Shown piece by piece: positions 54,395 through 64,000 of a stretch of DNA of 64,000 bases. Below the pieces are notes generated by a model, which was given only the letters and a program-made list of their open reading frames with translations, did not search any database and was not told where the DNA came from. Position numbers and translations under genes: made by a program. The stretch's first letter is position 1; the number at the start of each line of letters is the position of its first letter. Origin of the DNA: Hormiphora californensis (lineage: Eukaryota; Animalia; Ctenophora); contig CM035357.1 of assembly GCA_020137815.1 (NCBI GenBank), forward strand, positions 7,192,001 to 7,256,000. Reading direction: 5' to 3'.

Positions 54395-57300
54395 AGTTTG
54401 GGGGGGTTTTTTGGGGGGGGGGTTTTTTTTTTTTTTTTTTTTTTTCCCCCCCCCGGGGGGAAAAAAGGGGGGTTTTCCAAATTTTTCCCCTTTTTTCCCC
54501 CCAATTTAAAATTTTTTTTTTCCCGGTTCCCCCCGGGGGGGAAATTTTTAAAAAAGGGGGGGGAATTTTTTTCCCCTTTTAAAAGGGGGGGTTTTTTTTT
54601 TTTTTTTTTTTTTAAAAAATTTTTGGGGTTTTTTTTTAAAAAATTTTTTTTTTTAAAAAAAAAAAAAATTTTTTTTTGGGGGGGGGGGGGAAAAAAAAAA
54701 ATTTTTTTTTTTAAAATTTTGGGGGGTTGGGTTTTTTGGGGGGGTTTTGGGGGGGGGGGGAAAAAAAAAAATTTTTTTGGGGGGTTTTTTTTAAATTTTT
54801 TTTTTTTTTTGGGGGTTTGGGGGGAAAAAAAGGGTTTTTTTTTTTTTTTTTTCCTTTTTGGGGGGGGGTTTTTTTTTTTTTTTTTTTTTGGGGGGGGGGG
54901 AAAAAAAGGGGGGGGGGGTTTTTTTTTTTTCCCCCCCTTTTTCCCGGGTTTTTCCTCCTCTTTTTTCCCCCCCTTTCCCCCCCCTTTTTCCTCCCCCTTT
55001 TCCCCCCCCTCTTTTCTCCCCCTTTTTCCCCTTTTCCCCTTTCCCTCTTTCCCCCCCCTCTCTCTCTCCCCCCCCCTCTTTCCCCCCCCCCCTTTTTCCC
55101 TTCCCCCCCCTTTTTTTTTTTTTTCCCCCCCCCCCCCCTTCTTTTCTTTTTCCCTCTTTTCCTTTTTTCTTTTTTTTTTCCCCTTTTTCCTTTCCCCCCC
55201 CCCCCTTTTTCCCCCCCCCCTTTTTTCCCCCTTTTCCCCTCCCCCCCCGCTTCCCCCTTTTTCCTCCCTCTCTCTCTTTTCCCCCCCCCTTTCTTTCTCT
55301 CTCCCCCCCCCCGGTTTTTTCCCCCTTTTTTTTTTCTTTTTCCCCCCTTCCTTTTTTTCCCCCCCTTTCCCCCCCCCTTCTCCTTTTTTTTTTTATTTTT
55401 TTTTCCCCCCCCCCCCCCCCAAAATTTCCCCCAAAAAAAAAAATTTTTCCCCCCCCCCTTTTTTTCCCTTTTTCCCTTTTTTCCCCCCTTTTTCCCAAAA
55501 CCCCAAAGGGGTTTTTGGGGGGGAAACAAAATTTTCCCAAAAAAAAAAAAACCCCTTTTGGGGGTTTTTTTTTTCCCCTGAAATTTTTGGGGCAAAAAAC
55601 AATGGAAAAAAAGGGGGTTAAAAAAATTTTTTTTTTTGGAAAACCCCCCCCCAAAAAACCCCCCCCAAAACCCCCCCCCCTTTTAAAAAATTTTTTTTTT
55701 TAAAAAAATTTTTAAAAAACCTTTTTTTTAATTTTTTTCCCGGGGCATTTTTTTAAAATTTTTTAACCCGTTTTAAAAAACCCCGGGCCGGGGGGGGGGG
55801 AAATTTTTTCAAATTTTTTTTTTTCCCTTTAAAAAAAAAAAACCCCTTTTTTTTTTTTAAAAAAATTTTAATTTTTTTTCCCAATTTTTTCCCAAGCGCG
55901 AAAAACCCCTTTTTAAAAAAAAAAACCCCCCCCCGGGGGCAAACCCCCGGGGGGGGGGGGGGTTTTTTTTTTTTTTTTTTTAAACCCCCCTTTTTTTTTT
56001 TTGGGGGGGTTTTTTAAAAAAAAAGGGGGGGGGTTTTTTTTTTTTTTTTAAAAAAAAAATTTTTCCCCCCCGGGGCCCCCCCCCTTTTTTAAAAGCCCCT
56101 TTTTTTTTTTCCCCCCCTTTTTTTTCCTTTTTTTTTTTTTTCCCCCTTTGGGGCCCCTTTTTTAAAAAATTTTTTAAAAATTTTTAAAAAAAAAAAAATA
56201 AAAAAAAAAGGGGGGGGCCCCCCAAAAAAAAAGGGGGTTTTTAAATTAAAAAACCCCCTTTTCCCGGGGCCAAACCCCCCCCCCCCGGGGTTTTAGGAAA
56301 ATTTTTTTTCCCCCCCCCCCCCCAAAACCTTGGGAAAAATTTTTTTCCAAAAATTTTTTAAAACCCTTTCCCCCAAAACCCCTTCCCCCCCCCCCCCCCG
56401 GGGGAAAACTAAACTCGATCAACACAGTCTAAGCTGCCTCGGGAGGTTATTTCAACCTTAGAACACAATCAAAGCGTGATCTCACTGCGAACCCCCTTAG
56501 CTGAGGCTGGGTTTGGGGGTGTTTTTTTATGAACCTCAAATTCCCCTTCTTCCCAAATAATGGAGAGGGTTCCCAAAAACCTTCCGCCTCAACCCCCCCG
56601 AAGAAAGGGTCGAATTTTAAAGTCTCCCCACGTGCCCCCTGGTCCCTTATTGGCCCAAAAAAACATTTTTCCTTTATTTCCGCGTTTTTTAATTTTCCGG
56701 CCCCCAATTCCCGAGCCCCCCCCAATCAATCTCTTCCTATTACCAAGGCCTCAAGAAAAACGAGGTAGAAGAAACGACATATGGTTAACGTGTTTGCGGT
56801 CAAAAAATTTCCTTCACAACCCGGTTTTTCCCTTTTTCCTCGACCCTCCCGGAAATTTTGGGCGATGAAAAGGGCCCTTCTATAAAAAAACTTTCTTCTA
56901 AACTTTCCGATTTAAAAAGAAAAAATCCATCCCGACTCTATCCGGTACATTAGGCAACGATTACATTTTTTGCCTCTTGAGGAAACTTTGATCAAATCTA
57001 AGGGGGCACCTGGCCTAGCCCAAAACGTTTTCAACCCACAGGAAAGATATTAAAATTTTAATATGATTAAAAAAAATTTGAATTAATTTTTATAATCCCT
57101 TTTATTTACAGGAAAAACCTTGATTTCTATACCATTTTAAATAATTAAAAGGGGAAAACCAACCCCCCGGGTTTTGGCAAAAAAAAATTTTTTTAAACGA
57201 GGTTGTGAACGAAGTTTCCCCACAAGTATGCCCCAAATAGTCAAGACCTAACAGAACTCGTTTTTTTCTTAAAAAAAATGGACCCAATTTAAAAACGGGC

Positions 57301-57700
57301 AATAAATGTATATTTGTATTTGTAATTTGTATTTGTATTTTATTTTTTTGGGGCCAAAGGAAACGAAACCCCTTTAAACTGGGGGTTCGAGGACTGATTC
57401 ATTGAGTGTCAGGACCAGGAGTCAGGGAAATGTCCCCACTTTTTCCGTTTTTTTTTTCGGTTTTTGAATATTGGGTTAGAGCTGGGGGGTTTTTGGGTCG
57501 GGGTTTCCTATCAGAAAAACCCCTTTTGGCCCAAAAAGGTTGAAATTTGGGTTTTGGGCTTTGGGGTCCTAAAAGGGGGGCCCCATATAAAATTAAATTT
57601 TTTTTTTTTTTAAAACTCAAAGGGCCAATGTGACCCCTATCACAAATCCCCCAAAAACCCCGAACCCTCCCGGGAAATAAATGACCGTCCCCTTTTTAAG
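53405..57700. other. Homopolymer-corrupted low-quality sequence
   Basis: Almost entirely runs of A/C/G/T; ORFs are poly-K/F/G/P. Confidence 0.9.
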
Positions 57701-57702
57701 GG

Positions 57703-58911
57703 GTGCTTAAATTTTTTCGGAAAGATACGCAATGGCCGAAGGACTTTAATCCGGCACTTCTAGTTTGTGGTTTAGATAACGCAGGGAAATCAACCATTAT
57801 CTGTCGCATATGTAACGATACTTCGGACCCAACACCAACGGTCGGGTTTGTGCCTCACACAGTCAAAATGCACGGCAAGTCAATAAGACTGTACGATGTT
57901 GGTGGTGGGGAGCGAATCAGGGGCATCTGGGAGAGTTATTTTGAAGAGGTGTACGGTGTCATTTACGTCTTTGACTCAACAGATGCCACACGGCTATCAG
58001 AATCGGTCGACCTGTTAAAGTCGATGCATGGAAATCAGCTTTTATTACGGAAACCCTTCCTCATTCTGGCAAACAAACAGGACACTAACGGTGCTTTGAA
58101 CCAGCAGCAGCTTTCAGATAAACTTTCTCTGTCGGAGGAGGCTAATAAAAATGTCCACTTTGAGGAATGCTCGGCAATTAAATCGACCACTGATAAATCG
58201 ATAAAGGATGGCTTGATGTGGGTGCTAAAGTATATTTACGATAACTACGATGAACTTCTAGTTAAGGTGTCGGGAGATTGCGCCGTGAAGGAGCAGAAAA
58301 AGAAAATTGAGCGGGAACAGAGGCAGGCCAGGATAAAGAAAGCAAGAGAAGAAAGAGAGAAAGAGGAAGCTGCTAAAAAGGAAAGTGAGGAACCGAAAAA
58401 AGAGGAGGAGAGCGGAGAGGATGACCTTGTATGTTCTCCTTTCAAACCCATTGTAAAGCAGGCGTTTACTGAAGACGTGCTATCCTCACCAGAACCTCCA
58501 TTAAGTGATGGTCAGAAAACACCGAACAAAAAGAAGAAAAAGAAGAAACGTAAGGGAAACAAGGTCACTCCAATTCACTCCAACGAGGGGTCTCTAATGA
58601 GCCTCGCCAGTAACAATTCTATCGAGGCACCAAAGTTAGCACCAGTCCTTCCGAAATCGAATCTCCCTTCGTTGTCCCCTTCCATTGTTCAATTAGAACG
58701 ATCATCCCTTCCTCCCATCAAAAATGCTCCAATCCAAACTGTCGTCAAGGATAATTGTGATGTTCAAAAAGTTCAACTTTCGGACTTGGTTAAAAGTGAG
58801 AAAGATGATGAAAAACCGGAGATATCAGTTCCAGGAATTTTTGGAAATAGTTATGTTGAAGTAGAGGGGTTGGAACAAAAACCAGCTCTCCCCGTGGAAA
58901 CAAATTTTTAA
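57703..58911 (+). CDS. ARL13B: Ciliary small GTPase ARL13B (5' end corrupted)
   Basis: GLDNAGKST, DVGGG (no catalytic Gln), NKQD, coiled coil, basic tract plus KVTP (VxPx-like) tail. Confidence 0.88.
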   Translation: MLKFFRKDTQWPKDFNPALLVCGLDNAGKSTIICRICNDTSDPTPTVGFVPHTVKMHGKSIRLYDVGGGERIRGIWESYFEEVYGVIYVFDSTDATRLSESVDLLKSMHGNQLLLRKPFLILANKQDTNGALNQQQLSDKLSLSEEANKNVHFEECSAIKSTTDKSIKDGLMWVLKYIYDNYDELLVKVSGDCAVKEQKKKIEREQRQARIKKAREEREKEEAAKKESEEPKKEEESGEDDLVCSPFKPIVKQAFTEDVLSSPEPPLSDGQKTPNKKKKKKKRKGNKVTPIHSNEGSLMSLASNNSIEAPKLAPVLPKSNLPSLSPSIVQLERSSLPPIKNAPIQTVVKDNCDVQKVQLSDLVKSEKDDEKPEISVPGIFGNSYVEVEGLEQKPALPVETNF

Positions 58912-59409
58912 AAATTAAAATTTACAGGGGGTAAATTCCCGGGAAAATGTTCAAATTTAAAAGGGTAAAAACTTTTGATTTGTTTGTGTTTTTTTTTTGT
59001 GTGTTTTTTTTTGTTTTGGGGGGCAAAAAACCAAACCCCCACCGAGGGTTAGGGAAAAGCCAGGTTTTATGCCAAAAATCTGGGGCCCTCCCGACAAAAG
59101 GTTTGCAAACCTTTTTCCTTTAAAATCTGTTTTTTTTGGGTTTTTTTTTTGTGTTAAAAAAAGTTGCTGATGTTTTTATTCAAAAGGATAACTGGGTTTT
59201 TTTTTTTTTTTTATTATCACTTTTGAACAAGAGAACATTAGTGTTTAAAAAAGTACATATAAAAAAACCCTTGATTAATATTATCTGACCGGATTAAAGT
59301 TGTTTTAATACTCTCAAGTTATCTGAACTCTGATTAATATACATAATCGCCCAAATATCCCTCAAATTACCATTTGTCATTATCTCCCCTCCTTCTCCTT
59401 GTTAGAAGC

Positions 59410-60720
59410 ATGGCCGAAAGGAAAAGTTTAATTTTTAATTTAAAATAAAAAAACCCCCAACCCAAACCCCCGGTTTATAAAGTACCACCAACCCCCCCCC
59501 CACCCTCCCCCCTTCAACTCTAAATTTTTTTCGAAAAAAGACCAAACCAAAATCCCCATCTCTTTCCCGCCCCTATTTTTTTTATTTTCCCCACAAACCA
59601 AAGGGAACCTTCCCGGAATCCCCACCCCAGGCCCAATTTTTTTGGTTTCCTTTCTTCCCCCGGAACCCACCCAAAAACCAGCTGGATTTTTTATGGGAAA
59701 TTTTTTTTGGCCCCCCTGGGGAAAAAATTTCGGGGTTTGGGGGTTTGGGGAGGGGGAGGGGTTGGGGGGTTTTTTGGGGGGGGGCCGGGTCAAGGGGTTT
59801 TGTACCCCCCTTCTCCCATCCAACACTTGTTTTCTTATTGGGGGAGGGGAAAAAATCCTTTTTAAATTTTTTTTTCCCTTTGTTTTGGGGGGGGGAGGGG
59901 TTTTTTTAAACCTGGGGGAAGGAAGAGGCCAAACAACGGTTTTCCAAATTTTTCCCAAAACCAAAAAGGACTTTTTTGATTAATTTCAAAATTGGGGGGG
60001 GGGGACTTAAATTTTTTTTAAAATTATTTTTTCCCCTTTTAAAAAAAAGGGGTTTTTCCTTCCGGTTTTCCTTTCCCCTCCTTCTCGACAGGTTGGACCC
60101 AAAAGGGGGGGGTTAGTGGGGAATTTTTGGGGTTTTCTATTACCAAAATGTTTTTGGGGTTTTTGGAATTATGGGTTTTTTTTGGGGGGACACTCCCCCA
60201 AATTATGGGGTTAAAAATTTTAAAATTTTTCCCCCTTAAACAAAAAAATGTTTCCAAATTTTTATATCTTTCAGGGACCCCCCCTTTTTAAAGGGGAAAT
60301 TTCTAATTTGGCTTTTGAAATTTTATGGGATGGTTCAACTAAACCCGTTCCTTTTGTTTTTTTTCTCAACCTAAACCTCTCCCCCCTTTTTAATCCGGGA
60401 TTGTAAAAGGTAAAGGAATTAGGGGTAGTTTCCTTTCTCTTCTTTTCCCCAAACCCAACCCCCTTGTCCTTTTGGGGGGGGGGTTTCCCGTTTTTTTTTG
60501 CCCAGGGGTTTTGGGTGACGGATAGAAAGTTTTACCCTCGAGGGTTTGTGATTTCCCCAATAATTTGGCGTTATCTTGAGGTTATTACCGAACCAGACAA
60601 ATAATTGATGAGACGAAGCAGTCAAATTGACGAAAGATAGACACATAAAATCCCCCTCATTACCCCTTTTTCTAAAAAAGCGCCTAAAAAAGAGTTTGAT
60701 ACACAAATATCCCACTCCAT
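59410..60720 (+). pseudogene. Corrupted tandem copy of CFAP300
   Basis: Starts ATGGCCGAAAGGAAAAG like 60782; 60585-60660 matches intron 61890-61964; collinear remnants lie in between. Confidence 0.6.
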
Positions 60721-60781
60721 TATAACCCCCAATCCCCATACCATTGAATTATCTCTCCTCCCTCTTCCTCCTACTAGAAAC

Positions 60782-62190
60782 ATGGCCGAAAGGAAGAAGT
60801 TCAAGTTTACCCCAGTTGATAAAAAGTACCTCACCTTCAACTCTAAAGATGTGCGAACAGATATGACAAGATGGGACCTAGCCAACAGGCTCTCTCTCAC
60901 TTCATTCTCCTACAGTGAACACTTCAAGGATTACCAGGCTAAGGATTTTGTTATGGATTTCTTTACTGATCCAAACGTGCAACAAAGTCTCAAGGTGAGT
61001 TGGTGTATTGTTTTGGGGAGGGGGGAGGAGTTGTTTTATTCGGGGAGAGAGAGCCGATCAAGGCAAACTTGATACCAATCTTACTCAACATCAAAATCAG
61101 ATCTAAATATTCGTGGATAATTCCACATTTTGGTGACGGTGCATTCAACACAATATACTTCTCCTATATATCTCCTTTACAGGTGTTTTCCTCGTCTCGA
61201 CAAGAGTTGGTTACATGGGGCTCACATGAGGTAAAAGAGGTCCAATCAGAGCTGGTTCCATGCTCCATTACTAGCATGGACTTCTTTGATAGGTGAGTTA
61301 CTGCAATAGAGTCAGGAACGTGTCTTGGAGATATTTTTGCAGTTTGCACTCATACTGGTAGACTGAATATTTCATTACCACTCATCATATTTATCTGACC
61401 TACACTCACTATATATATCATCTCGTACAGGTTGACCCAACCTGGGTTAGTGCGAGATATGGGTGCTATATACAAGTGTCTAGATGAGGATATTGACGGG
61501 TTTTTAGTGGCTGACGAACTACACAAGATGATCCTATCAGAGGTAGATGTTTGTTAAATCTCCTTAGTATATTCAATAATATGCCTCCCATCAAAGATCT
61601 GAGGTAGATGTTTTTTCAATGTCACCCATTTTCATGATCGATCAGGGATCTAAACTATTGATGTCCTCTCTTTCTCAACTAAATGTGTCCTCTACCCAGG
61701 AGTCAGATCACTGGGATGTGTATGGTGAGGAGGAGAGGAGCGAGTTCCTATTCCTTCTCTTTAAACTACTAGTCCTGGGAGGTCCTGTGTGTCAGTATGA
61801 TGACGGGATAGAACATTACCTCGAGGTTTGTACCAAATACAAATAACCACAATTTAGTTATTGATACATAGGTAACTTTGTTGCCGTGATACCGAACCAG
61901 ACAATAATTAATGAGACGAACCAATCAAGTTGACGAAATATATAACACATAAAATCCCCCTCATATAGGTTTCTAAAGCGCTCTACAAAGAGTTCATTAC
62001 GGTACAGAAGAATGCAGAAACTAAAGCCATTGAGATAGCATCTCGGGTTCTCAAGGCCTCAGCATGGGATGGCGAGATCTGTTGGTTCCCAGGGGACGAT
62101 CACCATCAGACATTTTGTTACCTTATTTTGAACCCGATTAGTCGAATTTGCACTGTTATTAGTCATGATTTTGGGAAAGGTATTTGGTAG
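60782..62190 (+). CDS. CFAP300: Dynein assembly factor CFAP300 (C11orf70)
   Basis: Exons 60782-60993, 61183-61292, 61431-61542, 61700-61825 and 61969-62190; SMDFFDRL, KCLDE..ADEL, EFLFLLFKLLVLGGPVCQYDD, HQTFCYLILNP. Confidence 0.88.
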
Positions 62191-62426
62191 CATGTGGGTG
62201 ATGTAAAATATTTATTTGACGTGTGTTTTTGTACAGGGTGTTTTTCTGATATGTATTAGTAGATCTAAGTTTATCGTTCCGAAGTTTATGCTTTTTGTCT
62301 AAACTGTGTTTTGTTCCCTACTACCCTTCCCATTTAATAAAGTCTACTATGTACCTCTTTTAATTTCCACTGTCTAAAGTAAGGTTGATATGAAACTACG
62401 AGTGAAGTACAGAGAAATGGAGCGCA

Positions 62427-63838
62427 ATGTTTAAAAGTAGTTTTCAGGTTAGTGGCATCATCCAATCACCATCATCTTCAAAGATTCGTAAATATTAGAT
62501 TAGATCTGTCATAGTTTAGGACTAAACGGTGTGATTAGTTGTTATGTTCTAACCCTCCTTAACGGCGGGGTGGGGGAAACATTGTCGAACAAGGCAAGTG
62601 CCAAGCAAGTGATTGGACCAGTTTATAATGCCTCTTCACTTTACAGGGTGGTACCCATGTAGAGATATTCAGTGCCCAGGGCAAGGACCCTGCAGCCAAA
62701 TGGAAACAAACTGGAAAAGTACAACGGGTAAGTAAGATGTATGTTATGTGTAATTTGGTAAATGGTGTTCAGGGGCATTTGAAGTGAATCAGAAAATCTA
62801 ACCTACTCCAAACTTAATAATAACATCAGATCAGTAATACTTCTCTTATCCCCCAGTTGTTTGACAAGACGATCAAGAGTTATGTGTATCTACTTGAGGG
62901 AGGGCCCAGTTCCAAGATGTTGATACCAAAGGATGAGAAAACAGGACTCTCTCTAATCCAACCATTTGTAGTGGTACAGATCAGTGTTCCTCTTGGTGTT
63001 GGGTTTAATGTTGAAATATTGTGAGTTAGTTTCTATTTAGTAGTTTTGCAGTACATTCTATCCGTGTTATCTTGGATGAATTATTGGTAACCATGTTAAC
63101 TGTATAATTGGTAACCATGGTAACCGCACACAGGGCAACAGACACAGTGAATAGCAACCGAAGGATATTCCTCTCCTCGTCTTACCGTGATATCTCCCAT
63201 ACTCCCCTTCACACCAGACTACCTCTAGGTGAGAGAGTTGGAAATTAGAGATAGTCTAGATTTGTCTCACAAAAGACTGTCCTCTCCGCAACCAAGATAT
63301 TACAGTCATGAAGTATGAAAAGACGTCTAGATCTGATTTTAAACACTACGTGTTTTCAGTCCTGCAACTTGTATGATAAAACATCAATTCCAGGAATGAT
63401 GACAAGAGGACAATGGGTAAACCTAGCTTTCAACATCCCATCAATTGTTAGTGGGGTATTCAACTCGACCTTCAAATCCGTGGAACTAATATCAGTATCA
63501 GCAAGTTGCAAGCTACGGAAAGTGTTCACAATGAGACATCAGCCACATAACACTACAACAGGTCAGTGCAGGGCCTTGCTCGACCAGATCAGCCCCCTGG
63601 ATTCAGACAAGGAAATAACATGTATTTCCAATTTCCATGCACCATGAACTTGTTCCGAAACATCATGAACCCATGTTTGTATTGTGAACTCTCTCCCTCT
63701 CTCGCAGGTCTGTACACACCGATGTATGATGGCGCTACTGACATGATACCCAAATCTTGTTCCCTGAACGTTGGTAATACCACACAGGTTATTGACATGG
63801 CTGTTATCAGACAGTGGGTGGATAACCAACAACCAAAG
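62427..63838 (+). CDS. CFAP20DC: CFAP20-domain protein (C3orf67), continues beyond window
   Basis: MFKSSFQ|GGTHVEIFSAQGKDPAAKWK...FDKTIKSYVYLLEG...LIQPFVVVQISVPLG...RRIFLSS..TPLHTRLPL...CKLRKVFTM. Confidence 0.88.
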
Positions 63839-64000
63839 GTTAGAGCCCCTAACTTTCTAGCAGTACACACAAGTAGGGTTGTACAAAAATAGGGATACTA
63901 TTTACCGCCAGTCGTCATTCCTGGGCTGTCAGGCCAATGCTCTGACCACAGAATTGAGAATAGGGTCAGGCCAATGCTCTGACAGTTCCTGGGTGGTTTG

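Noticed and set aside
53374-57620. Large poly-K/F/G/P ORFs and G-quadruplex-like runs
   Set aside because: Homopolymer-corrupted sequence, almost certainly a sequencing or assembly artefact.

Overview
Gene-dense, intron-containing animal genomic DNA, most likely a ctenophore (Pleurobrachia-like). That call rests on spliced-leader (SL)-type sequences ending in TTGAG and a characteristic CAGGAACCGACCGAA MITE, both recognised from memory rather than by a search. Recognisable genes: a C-terminal death-domain protein with a possible TIR-like segment, a MOSPD2-like CRAL-TRIO protein, TSEN54, CEP295, two tandem 14-3-3 genes, CEP19, NF-YB, a PNLDC1/PARN-like nuclease, a GT31 galactosyltransferase, ARL13B, CFAP300 and CFAP20DC. 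Mobile DNA is abundant: many MITEs/foldbacks, nested Helentron-like elements, a Harbinger transposase relic, a PHD-RT-RLE (CRE-like) retroelement and two APE-type LINEs. The most striking observation is that both LINEs begin exactly with an SL-like exon, and a degenerate SL RNA gene lies nearby. One of these LINEs carries an AlkB-like dioxygenase domain and is inserted cleanly into the PHD finger of the CRE-like element. The two ends of that CRE-like element carry complementary halves of a hammerhead-like ribozyme. Parts of the window (about 15.8-16.0, 45.2-46.5, 49.9-50.05, 53.4-57.7 and 58.9-60.7 kb) are homopolymer-corrupted and unreliable.
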